This document shows positions 20,134-29,375 of a stretch of 42,897 nt of DNA, piece after piece; position 1 is the stretch's first letter, and every line of letters begins with the position of its first letter. The DNA comes from an uncultured Lachnospiraceae bacterium (GTDB taxonomy: Bacteria; Bacillota; Clostridia; Lachnospirales; Lachnospiraceae). The stretch lies in contig CACYCC010000014.1 of assembly GCA_902772805.1 (NCBI GenBank), positions 1-42,897 of the forward strand, in the 5' to 3' direction. A program made the translations under genes and the position numbers. The notes beneath the pieces were generated by a model. That model was given only the letters and a program-made list of their open reading frames with translations, made no database searches and was not told where the DNA came from.

Positions 20134-21180
20134 GTGAAAAGAAAGATCGGTGCATTGCTGGTTTTTATGTGTCTTATTCTTTCATCCTGCGCAAGTCATG
20201 ATGCGGATGAAGTTAAGGCAGGGGAAAAGGGAGAAGAAAAGATCGAGATAGGAATGAGCTTTGACTCGTTCGTTATCGAGAGATGGCAGCGTGACAGAGA
20301 CGTATTTGTGTCCACTGCCAAGGAACTGGGCGCAACAGTCGATGTTCAGAGTGCCAGCGGAGATGTTAAGAAACAGATCGAGCAGATAGAATACTTTATC
20401 AAAAAGAACGTGGATGTCATAGTTATAATCTGTATCGATTCGGATTCTTTGAAAAATGTCGTGTCGAAGGCCAAAGACGCGGGGATAAAGGTTGTTGCCT
20501 ATGACCGTCTTGTCATGAATGCGGATGTCGATCTTTATATAACATTCGATAATGAAATGGTCGGCACACTTATGGCAACGGCTTTGGCTGACAACAATCC
20601 CGAAGGCGGAAGGGTACTGATGCTTGAGGGTTCACCGCTTGACAACAATGTTCCTATGGTAAAAAGCGGTTTTGCCAAAGTCTGCGGTGAGCGGAATATG
20701 ACGATAGCGTATTCAACATACTGCGACGGATGGCGCGCCGAACTTGCGGCAGATTATGTATATGAGCACGAAGATGTCATCAATGATGTTGATGCGATCA
20801 TGTGCGGCAACGATAACATTGCGGGCCAGGTCATAAGGGCTCTTTCCGAGAAACGTCTGGCGGGAGAGATTCCCGTGGTCGGACAGGATGCGGATCTTGA
20901 GGCATGTCAGAGGATAGTCGAAGGCACTCAGACCATGACGGTTTACAAGCCGGTTGAAAAGCTTGCGCGCCGGGCGGCCGAATGTACGATAAGTCTTGCC
21001 AAGGGTGAAGAACTTATCGGGGATGACGTTACCACAATAAATGACGGAACATACGATATTTCTTATATAGGTCTTGAACCTGTGGCGGTTACGCTTGACA
21101 ATATCAATGAAGTGATAATTAGCAGCGGATTCCACAACAAGGAGGATGTATATTTAAATGCCCCCGAGCTTATGCCCTAG
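20134..21180 (+). CDS. XylF-like sugar-binding lipoprotein
   Basis: GTG start abutting the RR stop; LSSC lipobox; ERWQRD, AYDRL, FDN, GQDAD, MTVYKP. Confidence 0.88.
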   Translation: MKRKIGALLVFMCLILSSCASHDADEVKAGEKGEEKIEIGMSFDSFVIERWQRDRDVFVSTAKELGATVDVQSASGDVKKQIEQIEYFIKKNVDVIVIICIDSDSLKNVVSKAKDAGIKVVAYDRLVMNADVDLYITFDNEMVGTLMATALADNNPEGGRVLMLEGSPLDNNVPMVKSGFAKVCGERNMTIAYSTYCDGWRAELAADYVYEHEDVINDVDAIMCGNDNIAGQVIRALSEKRLAGEIPVVGQDADLEACQRIVEGTQTMTVYKPVEKLARRAAECTISLAKGEELIGDDVTTINDGTYDISYIGLEPVAVTLDNINEVIISSGFHNKEDVYLNAPELMP

Positions 21181-21247
21181 GCAACAGGCTTAAAATAAGG
21201 AATCATCCAAGTGGAATGTAAATTTTTAATAGTAAAAAATTGCGATT

Positions 21248-21290
21248 ACCGGCCGGAAGTGCAAAAATTTCCAAGCCGGTTTTCTTTTTT
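21248..21290 (+). terminator. Probable terminator of the regulatory operon
   Basis: ACCGGC..GGAA...TTCC..GCCGGT imperfect stem followed by TTTCTTTTTT. Confidence 0.5.
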
Positions 21291-21405
21291 CTTAAGAAAT
21301 TGAAAAGAATTTCAAGTTACGTAAAAATTAATTCCCTGTTAACTGTGTTAGTATGACGGTGTAGTTAATAACAACCACACAAACTTTTAGGGAGGAAAAA
21401 AAGCA

Positions 21406-22470
21406 ATGAAAAAAATCTTAAGTCTTATCCTTGCACTTGCTATGGTTGCTACATTGTTCGGATGTGGCGGCGGAGCAGCAGGCGGAAACAAAGTTGGTGT
21501 TGCAATGCCTACCAAATCTCTTCAGAGATGGAACCAGGACGGCGACAACATGAAGAAGGCCCTTGAGGCAGCAGGTTACACCGTAGACCTTCAGTACGCA
21601 GATAACAGCGTAGAAACTCAGGTTTCTCAGATCGAGAACATGATCAACTCAGGATGTAAGGTTCTCGTTATCGCTTCTATCGAAGGCGATTCACTCGGAA
21701 CAGTTCTTGCACAGGCAAAAGAAAAAGGCGTTAAGGTTATAGCTTATGACCGTCTTATCATGAACTCCGACGCAGTTTCCTACTATGCAACATTCGATAA
21801 CTACATGGTAGGTACCAAGCAGGGCGAATATCTTGAAAAAGAACTCGGCCTTAAGGAAGGCAAAGGCCCCTTCAACATCGAGCTCATCACAGGTGACCCC
21901 GGCGACAACAACGCTCGTTTCTTCTTCGGTGGTGCTATGGATGTTCTTCAGCCCTACATCGACAGCGGCAAGCTCGTAGTTAAGTCAGGACAGGTTGACT
22001 TCGATACCGTTGCTACCCAGAGCTGGTCAACAGAAAACGCTCAGAACAGATTCGATGCTATCATTTCCGCAAACTATGCAGACGGAACAAAGCTTGATGC
22101 AGTATTGGCTTCCAACGACTCAACCGCTATGGGTGTTACCAACGCTCTTGTAGCAGCAGGCTTCACACCCGGCGAAAACTGGCCTCTTATCACCGGTCAG
22201 GACTGTGACGTAGCTAACGTTAAGAACATGATCGAAGGCAAGCAGGCAATGTCTATCTTCAAAGATACACGTACACTTGCAGCTAAGACAGTTGAAATGG
22301 TTGACGCTATCATGAAGGGTACAGATGCCCCCGTTAACGATACCAAGACATATGACAACGGAACAGGAATCATTCCTTCATACCTTTGCGAGCCCGTATT
22401 CGCAGACATCAACAACTACAAAGAGTTACTTATCGACTCCGGTTACTACACCGAGGATCAGCTTAAGTAA
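21406..22470 (+). CDS. chvE: Multiple-monosaccharide ABC transporter substrate-binding lipoprotein
   Basis: LFGC lipobox; GVAMPTKSLQRWNQDG, YYATFDN, DNNA, ITGQD, MSIFKDTR, YDNG; codon usage typical of highly expressed genes. Confidence 0.9.
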   Translation: MKKILSLILALAMVATLFGCGGGAAGGNKVGVAMPTKSLQRWNQDGDNMKKALEAAGYTVDLQYADNSVETQVSQIENMINSGCKVLVIASIEGDSLGTVLAQAKEKGVKVIAYDRLIMNSDAVSYYATFDNYMVGTKQGEYLEKELGLKEGKGPFNIELITGDPGDNNARFFFGGAMDVLQPYIDSGKLVVKSGQVDFDTVATQSWSTENAQNRFDAIISANYADGTKLDAVLASNDSTAMGVTNALVAAGFTPGENWPLITGQDCDVANVKNMIEGKQAMSIFKDTRTLAAKTVEMVDAIMKGTDAPVNDTKTYDNGTGIIPSYLCEPVFADINNYKELLIDSGYYTEDQLK

Positions 22471-22487
22471 TACAACCTAATGATCAT

Positions 22488-22514
22488 TGCAGGCGGGGCA
22501 ATAACCCGCCTGCA
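22488..22514 (+). other. Intercistronic stem-loop after chvE (mRNA stabiliser or partial terminator)
   Basis: TGCAGGCGGG-gcaataa-CCCGCCTGCA with a weak U tail. Confidence 0.7.
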
Positions 22515-22554
22515 TATTTATGAAAACGCAACTTTTTATACAGGAGGAATTAAA

Positions 22555-24081
22555 TTGGCTGAGCATATTCTTGAAATGAAAAACATAACCAAAACATTCC
22601 CCGGCGTTAAAGCATTGGACAATGTCAATCTTCAGGTGGAGAGAGGTGAGATCCACGCTCTCGTCGGTGAAAACGGTGCCGGAAAATCCACACTGATGAA
22701 TGTACTCAGCGGTATCTATCCCTTCGGAACATATGAGGGAGATATCGTTTACAACGGTAATGTGTGTGAATTTCACACTATCAAGGACAGTGAGGCGCTT
22801 GGAATAGTTATCATTCACCAGGAACTTGCACTTGTTCCTTATATGACGATTGCTGAAAATATGTTTCTGGGTAACGAACGCGGAAACAATCTGAAAATCG
22901 ACTGGAATGAAACGAATGATCTTTCGGCGAAGTATTTAAAGATGGTAGGTCTTAACGAATCGCCGCAGGTTCTGATTAAAGATATAGGTGTCGGCAAGCA
23001 GCAGCTTGTGGAAATAGCCAAGGCACTTGCCAAAAATGCAAAATTACTGATACTGGATGAGCCCACTGCTTCGCTCAACGAAGAAGATTCAAAGGCCCTG
23101 CTCGATCTTCTTCTTAAGTTTAAACAGGACGGACTTACATCCATCATCATTTCGCACAAACTCAATGAAGTATCATATGTTGCGGATAAGATAACCGTTA
23201 TCCGAGACGGTATGACGATTGAAACTCTGGACAAAGAGACGGACGATATTTCCGAGAGTCGTATCATACAGGGCATGGTCGGACGTGAACTCTCCGATCG
23301 TTTCCCCAAGCGTGAGAGCCACATAGGCGATATCAAGTTTGAGGTAAAGAACTGGAGCTGTTATCATCCCATATATTCAGAGCGGAAAGTTGTTGACAAT
23401 GTTTCCATCAATGTCCGCAAGGGTGAGATAGTCGGAATATCCGGACTTATGGGAGCGGGACGTACCGAACTTGCCATGAGTGTTTTCGGAAAGAGTTACG
23501 GTGTTGAGATATCGGGCGAAACATATATTGACGGACAGAGGGTTCATATGAACACCGTGGCCGAAGCAATAAAACATAAACTTGCCTATGTTACCGAAGA
23601 TCGTAAGGGTAACGGACTTATCCTTTCAAATACGATCAAGATCAATACCTCACTTGCAAATCTTGCGGATGTCAGCAAGGGACAGGTGATCGATAAAGAC
23701 AAGGAATTTGCGGTAGCACAGGATTATCGTGAAAAGTTAAAGATAAAATGTCCTACTGTAGAGCAGAACGTAGGTAACTTAAGCGGCGGTAACATGCAGA
23801 AGGTTCTTTTGGCCAAGTGGATGTTCGCGAATCCCGATGTGCTGATACTCGATGAGCCCACAAGAGGTATCGATGTCGGTGCCAAGTACGAGATCTACTG
23901 CATCATGAACCAGCTGGTCGCAGAAGGTAAGTCGGTAATAATGATATCATCCGAAATGCCTGAGATACTGGGTATGTGCGATCGAATCTACATCATGAAC
24001 GAAGGCAAAATAGTCGGTGAGCTTGATGCCAAAGATGCTACGCAGGAAACCATCATGTCTCACATTATTAAGGCCGGTTAA
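22555..24081 (+). CDS. mmsA: Monosaccharide ABC transporter ATP-binding protein (MmsA/GguA)
   Basis: TTG start after AGGAGG; [15 protein letters not shown] twice, LSGGN. Confidence 0.92.
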   Translation: MAEHILEMKNITKTFPGVKALDNVNLQVERGEIHALVGENGAGKSTLMNVLSGIYPFGTYEGDIVYNGNVCEFHTIKDSEALGIVIIHQELALVPYMTIAENMFLGNERGNNLKIDWNETNDLSAKYLKMVGLNESPQVLIKDIGVGKQQLVEIAKALAKNAKLLILDEPTASLNEEDSKALLDLLLKFKQDGLTSIIISHKLNEVSYVADKITVIRDGMTIETLDKETDDISESRIIQGMVGRELSDRFPKRESHIGDIKFEVKNWSCYHPIYSERKVVDNVSINVRKGEIVGISGLMGAGRTELAMSVFGKSYGVEISGETYIDGQRVHMNTVAEAIKHKLAYVTEDRKGNGLILSNTIKINTSLANLADVSKGQVIDKDKEFAVAQDYREKLKIKCPTVEQNVGNLSGGNMQKVLLAKWMFANPDVLILDEPTRGIDVGAKYEIYCIMNQLVAEGKSVIMISSEMPEILGMCDRIYIMNEGKIVGELDAKDATQETIMSHIIKAG

Positions 24082-24091
24082 GGAGGAAAAG

Positions 24092-25291
24092 ATGAACAAA
24101 AGCGCAATTGACTTTATCAAAAAATATACGATGATATTTGTTTTGATCATCGTGTACGCATTCTTTGCTTGGCGGACCGGGGGAACTATTTTGCTTCCGA
24201 TGAACGTATCAAGTCTTATCTCACAGAACGCATACGTATTTATTCTTGCAACAGGTATGCTGCTGTGTATACTGACCGGTGGTAACATCGATCTTTCCGT
24301 CGGTTCGGTAGTTTGTTTCGTAGGTGCGGTGGGAGCCGTGCTGATGGTCAACCTCAAGGTGCCGATGATATTATCCGTTATCATCATGCTGGTACTGGGT
24401 ACCGCGATCGGAGCATTCCAGGCATTCTGGATCGCATTTGTACGTATACCTCCCTTTATCGTAACACTCGCAGGTATGCTTGCTTTCAGAGGTTTAAGTA
24501 ACGTAGTGCTTAACGGTCTTACCGTTTCGATCACAGACTGCACATCATTCGTAAACCTTTTTGGTGGCGGAGCAAACTGTTATATTCCTGACCCGGCATT
24601 TTTACAGGGTCTCATTCCCGGTGTCAATATCATATGTCTTGTAGCGGGGATCGTGATAGCAGCTGTATTTGCTCTTGTACAGTTTAAGACACGTATGACA
24701 CGTAAAAAGAAAAATTACGAAACTGAGCCCGCAGTTGTTTTCTATATCAAAACGATTGGAATTACCGCAGTTATAGTAGCATTCTTCTCTGCCCTTTCAA
24801 GACACAAAGGTATTCCTACAGTACTTATCTGGGTAGTAATAGTTATCATGGTATACGGATATATCACATCCAACACCAAGACAGGTCGTTACTTCTACGC
24901 AGTGGGCGGTAATGAAAAGGCTACAAAACTTTCCGGTATCAATACCAACAAGGTTTACTTCTTAGCCTACACCAATATGGGATTCCTGGCAGCTCTTGCC
25001 GGAATGGTAACCATAGCTCGTCTGACTTCCGCACAGCCCACATACGGCCAGAACTACGAGATGGACGCGATCGGTTCCTGTTTCATAGGCGGTGCTTCGG
25101 CATACGGCGGAATCGGTACTGTTCCGGGCGTTATCATAGGTGCCGTTCTTATGGGTGTCATCAACCTCGGTATGTCACTTATGGGTGTTGACCAGAACAT
25201 GCAGAAGGTTGTAAAAGGTCTTGTACTCCTTGCAGCCGTAATCTTCGATGTAGTTTCGAAGCGTGGCGGTAAGCTCTTTGCCAAGGATTGA
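24092..25291 (+). CDS. mmsB: Monosaccharide ABC transporter permease (MmsB/GguB)
   Basis: IDLSVGS, IPPFIVTLAGMLAFRG, YAVGGN..A.KLSGIN, FIGGAS. Confidence 0.92.
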   Translation: MNKSAIDFIKKYTMIFVLIIVYAFFAWRTGGTILLPMNVSSLISQNAYVFILATGMLLCILTGGNIDLSVGSVVCFVGAVGAVLMVNLKVPMILSVIIMLVLGTAIGAFQAFWIAFVRIPPFIVTLAGMLAFRGLSNVVLNGLTVSITDCTSFVNLFGGGANCYIPDPAFLQGLIPGVNIICLVAGIVIAAVFALVQFKTRMTRKKKNYETEPAVVFYIKTIGITAVIVAFFSALSRHKGIPTVLIWVVIVIMVYGYITSNTKTGRYFYAVGGNEKATKLSGINTNKVYFLAYTNMGFLAALAGMVTIARLTSAQPTYGQNYEMDAIGSCFIGGASAYGGIGTVPGVIIGAVLMGVINLGMSLMGVDQNMQKVVKGLVLLAAVIFDVVSKRGGKLFAKD

Positions 25292-25354
25292 TCGTTCATA
25301 ATAAAAACCATTCCCAAACGAATGGAAAACTTACCTATAGTATTATTCCGGGTT

Positions 25355-25382
25355 CCCCCGCATCTTAGGATGCGGGGGTTTT
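25355..25382 (+). terminator. Intrinsic terminator after the ABC operon
   Basis: CCCCCGCATC-ttag-GATGCGGGGG followed by TTTT. Confidence 0.85.
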
Positions 25383-25513
25383 CCTTTAATACTTATTTAT
25401 ATGGAAATGCGGATAAAAATTCTTTATACTGAAATAGACGGCCGCCTAAAATGCGGAAACGTAAAAACGCGAAAACGCAATCCGGAGAGATGCCGATCAA
25501 AGGAGATTACGGG

Positions 25514-26737
25514 ATGATCCCTACGACCATCTGTTATATAAAAAATGATAAAGATCAATACTTGTTGCTTCACCGTGTCAAAAAGGAATCCGACCTCAAT
25601 GAGGGCAAGTGGATAGGTGTGGGCGGAAAGATCGAACCCGGCGAAACGCCCGATGAATGCGTGTTAAGGGAAGTGTATGAAGAGACGGGGCTGACGCTTA
25701 CAAAATACAGACTTCACGGTGTGATAAAGTTTATTTCCGATGAGTGGGAAGACGAGGATATGTATCTTTATTCGGCTTCGGAATTTATCGGGGAACTTAA
25801 GGAGTGTGACGAAGGCGATCTTGAATGGGTCGATAAAGATAAAGTGCTCGATCTTCCCACATGGGAAGGCGACAGATATTTTTTAAAACCGCTTCTTGAA
25901 GGCAGGGACCGTATTGACGGACTTGTGGAATACAGAGGTGACCGCCTTGTGAGATTTGAAGATCTTACCGAAGAGATCAATACGCTTAAGTCATCACTTA
26001 TTAACTGCCCGCACGGCTTTTCGACCCGCACAGGCGGAGTCAGCGACGGAATATATGCAACCCTTAACCTTGGCATGAACAGGGGAGATGACAAGTTAAG
26101 AGTCATCGAAAACTGGAACAGATTTCTGGATTCTGCCGGGATCGCGAACAGACAGTTTGTATGCGGTGAGCAGGTACACGGAAATAATGTGCATATCGCA
26201 GACGGAAGCGAACTTCGCCCCGCGTACGGTCCGGGAGAGATGAAGGTTGCCGACGGATATGTCACAAATCTTAAAAATGTTCCTCTCGCCATCTTCATTG
26301 CGGACTGCGTGCCCGTTCTTTTGCAGGATCCCGTTAATGAAGTCATAGGAGCGGTTCACTGCGGATGGAGAAGTACGGTCGCCGATATTCAGAAAAACGC
26401 GGTCGATAAGATGACTTTACTCGGAGCGGATCCCGGTGAGATCCGCGCAGCCATAGGACCTGCCATCGGAAAATGCTGTTTTGAAGTCGGACCAGAGGTG
26501 ATCGAGGCGGTCGATGCGCTCATCGGAAACGGTTCGGATAAATATTACACCAAGAAAACCGATAAATTCATGCTTGACCTTCGGGGAGTTGTACGGGAGA
26601 GATTCCTGCAGCTCGGACTTAAGCCTTCGAATATTGAATTCGTGGGCGGATGCACGATGTGTGAGCCGCAAACCTACTGGTCGCATCGCTATACAAAGGG
26701 AAACCGCGGCAGCATGGCGGCTGTGATCTCACAATAA
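25514..26737 (+). CDS. NUDIX hydrolase (MutX/MTH1-like) fused to a PgeF/YfiH-family domain
   Basis: Nudix box GGKIEPGETPDECVLREVYEETGL and WEGD; then HGFSTR, QVHG, ADCVPV, VHCGWR, IGPAI..CFEVG, CT.C, SHR; ATG at 25514 after AGGAG. Confidence 0.88.
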   Translation: MIPTTICYIKNDKDQYLLLHRVKKESDLNEGKWIGVGGKIEPGETPDECVLREVYEETGLTLTKYRLHGVIKFISDEWEDEDMYLYSASEFIGELKECDEGDLEWVDKDKVLDLPTWEGDRYFLKPLLEGRDRIDGLVEYRGDRLVRFEDLTEEINTLKSSLINCPHGFSTRTGGVSDGIYATLNLGMNRGDDKLRVIENWNRFLDSAGIANRQFVCGEQVHGNNVHIADGSELRPAYGPGEMKVADGYVTNLKNVPLAIFIADCVPVLLQDPVNEVIGAVHCGWRSTVADIQKNAVDKMTLLGADPGEIRAAIGPAIGKCCFEVGPEVIEAVDALIGNGSDKYYTKKTDKFMLDLRGVVRERFLQLGLKPSNIEFVGGCTMCEPQTYWSHRYTKGNRGSMAAVISQ

Positions 26738-26791
26738 ACTTATAAGAACATGCGTCGATTAATATAAAAAGTAAAGAGAACGGAGAAGAAT

Positions 26792-28588
26792 ATGGCAGGA
26801 AAATATCCCGAAAGACCCGCTGTAATAACAGACGATACCAAGAGATTTGATTCTTTTGAAAACGGAGAATACTTACCCGGCAAAAAGAACGGCCGTCTTC
26901 CCGCCATGGGATGGAACAGCTGGAACGCCTTCGGAAGCGGCAATACCGAGACGCTTACAATAGCCATGGCCGATAAGATCAAGGAACTTAAACTCGATGA
27001 GCTCGGATATGAATACATTGTCTTGGATGACGGATGTTATAAAAGCGAGCGTGTAGACGGAAAGCTTTCCAACGAGGAAGTCAAATTTCCGCACGGATTT
27101 AAATATCTTGCCGACTATATGCATGGAAAAGGCCTTAAATTCGGTATGTACAACGATATAGGCACCAATCTCTGCGCGGGTGCAGAGGTTGGCACATGCG
27201 GACATGAAGCCGTTGATGCCGCATCGTATCTTGAATGGGATGTCGATTTTCTGAAAGTCGACAACTGTTATTATCTTTGGGATAATGCCACTTTTTCAAA
27301 CTCGGACAATGCGAGATATGTCTTTGCACCGGCAATAAAGGGCATCAAGATAGGACCTGACACGGAAAAGATACTAAGCGCTACCAAAGACGGCAAGATC
27401 ACAGGAAACGGCATAGAGGTAAGAGATGACTATGTAAGGTCGATCGGGACGTTTGACGGTACGGGCCCCATGCATTCACCCGTATATGTAAGAAGCGGTG
27501 AACTCAGATTTGATGTATACATCCTGACACCGGGAGAATACAGACTTTATGTGGAATATGCTTCGGGCCGTCGGGAAGGGTGCGGTAACTGGCTTCAGGT
27601 CGCGGTGGAAAACAGTGAGGGTGTTTCATACCCGTATGACGATCTGTTAAAAGAAACACCTTCAAAGAACGATTTTGAGTGGTCGGATGCCATTACACTT
27701 ACGTTTGCCGAAGGTATAAACACAATAAGGCTCATGAACCACAGACGTCAGGAAAATACGCTTATTTCCTATGCAACGCTGATGGAAGAACTTGATAAAC
27801 AGGATCCTTCCAACGATATTATCCTTTCCATTTGCGAGTGGGGCAAGACACAGCCTCAGAACTGGGGTAAAAAGGTGGGGAATTCCTGGAGGATACTCAA
27901 CGATATCACGTTCAGCGTCGGTTCGGACGGCGATCCCGGGAACGCAGCATGGGAGAGCAATTATACAACGGGTGTTACCGCACAGTACAACAAAGCTGTC
28001 GTAATGGATGAATTTGCAGGTCTTGATAAAGGCTGGAACGATCCCGACATGATGATGATCGGCATGAACGGACTCACACCTGTCATGAATAAAACTCATA
28101 TGGTGATGTGGTGTATGATGAATTCTCCTCTGATGCTGGGGCTCGATCTTAGAAGGGTGAACGTCGGAGATGAAATATATGAACTGATCGCAAACAAAGA
28201 TCTTATCGCTCTTAATCAGGATGCTCTCGGCATACAGGCCAAGCGTATATACTCAAGTATCGAAAAAGATACTCCCGATAAGGAATATATTACATGGAAC
28301 GACCGTGTTGACATTCTGGCAAAACCGTTAAGTGATAACAGTGTAGCGCTTTCCTTCATAAATGTCAGTACTTCCGACAAAACGGACGGATATTCCGTGG
28401 ATGTTGAAAATATCGTTAAATTTATCGGTGCCAAAATGGTTGATAAAGAGGCATTTTTGAATGCAAAGAGTTATCTTGTCAAGGATCTCATAACGGGTGA
28501 AACCTGTGAGACATCGTCGCGTTCTTTTGCCGCAGAAAAGCTTGAAGCATGCGACAGCAAGACGATCAAGGTAAGCATTAAGGAATGA
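26792..28588 (+). CDS. GH27 alpha-galactosidase with an internal beta-sandwich insertion
   Basis: PAMGWNSWN, LDDG, LKVDNC, SICEWG, WRILNDI, WNDPDMM, SPLMLG, ALNQD; no signal peptide. Confidence 0.9.
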   Translation: MAGKYPERPAVITDDTKRFDSFENGEYLPGKKNGRLPAMGWNSWNAFGSGNTETLTIAMADKIKELKLDELGYEYIVLDDGCYKSERVDGKLSNEEVKFPHGFKYLADYMHGKGLKFGMYNDIGTNLCAGAEVGTCGHEAVDAASYLEWDVDFLKVDNCYYLWDNATFSNSDNARYVFAPAIKGIKIGPDTEKILSATKDGKITGNGIEVRDDYVRSIGTFDGTGPMHSPVYVRSGELRFDVYILTPGEYRLYVEYASGRREGCGNWLQVAVENSEGVSYPYDDLLKETPSKNDFEWSDAITLTFAEGINTIRLMNHRRQENTLISYATLMEELDKQDPSNDIILSICEWGKTQPQNWGKKVGNSWRILNDITFSVGSDGDPGNAAWESNYTTGVTAQYNKAVVMDEFAGLDKGWNDPDMMMIGMNGLTPVMNKTHMVMWCMMNSPLMLGLDLRRVNVGDEIYELIANKDLIALNQDALGIQAKRIYSSIEKDTPDKEYITWNDRVDILAKPLSDNSVALSFINVSTSDKTDGYSVDVENIVKFIGAKMVDKEAFLNAKSYLVKDLITGETCETSSRSFAAEKLEACDSKTIKVSIKE

Positions 28589-28631
28589 TAGGGGTAAACA
28601 TTATCGATAATACCCATAAAGGCCGGCATTA

Positions 28632-29375
28632 ATGGATGATAAAGAGAAAAGATATATAACGCTCGGAGAGTTTGCGACGCTTTTGGGTGAAAAGGAAGAT
28701 TCGGATATCTTATCGTTTACACCCGACGATCTTTTGTATTGGAATAAGCCGATCGAACGAAAAACCGCGGCAAGACTTGTAAGGATATACCTAAAGAAAG
28801 CGCTCGGCGAAGCCGATCTTGATGAATCGAAGTGGTATGAAGCTCGGGTTCTCAAGGATCTTTATGATTGCCATGTCTGTGTCGGGGATATAGTTCAGGT
28901 CTATATAAAGGGTATCATGGACGGCGTGGAACTGCCGGACGGCAGCACGATCTTTGCATCGCACGAAGGACTCGAATATGACGCGGCCGTCATCATCAAA
29001 GAACGCGTATTTAACAGGGATTTGAGAGTTTCCCGCATAGGCGGTGCGGTGGAACGTACCGGTTTTTCATGGACCGATATAGCGACTGTTATTAACGCAT
29101 ATGAGCGGGATGAAGACATTTCCGTCATCGATCTTCGTATGCCCGGAGATTACGAAGCGGGACATATAAAAGGAGCGGTAAATATACCGCTCACAGCTTA
29201 TGTCAAAAATCCTTATATGGCTTCACGCAATGTAGATGACATGGTGGTCTTTTGCTGTGAAGACGGCTATAAAAGTGAGATTGCGGCAAATATTGCGATC
29301 TCATCGGGATTTACTGATGTTTACTGTTTATCACTCAGCCAAGAAGACTTAAAACAGTCTGATTGCTCTGATTAG
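28632..29375 (+). CDS. SLH-like domain plus rhodanese domain protein
   Basis: KPIERKTAAR..DLYDCHVC..KGIMDG..F; C-terminal VIDLR..YEAGHIKGAVNIP..VFCCEDGYKS. Confidence 0.7.
   Translation: MDDKEKRYITLGEFATLLGEKEDSDILSFTPDDLLYWNKPIERKTAARLVRIYLKKALGEADLDESKWYEARVLKDLYDCHVCVGDIVQVYIKGIMDGVELPDGSTIFASHEGLEYDAAVIIKERVFNRDLRVSRIGGAVERTGFSWTDIATVINAYERDEDISVIDLRMPGDYEAGHIKGAVNIPLTAYVKNPYMASRNVDDMVVFCCEDGYKSEIAANIAISSGFTDVYCLSLSQEDLKQSDCSD

Noticed and set aside
18595-26346. Long antisense ORFs (18595-19173, 23947-24543, 25768-26346 and similar)
   Set aside because: Lie wholly opposite well-supported genes with no recognisable motifs
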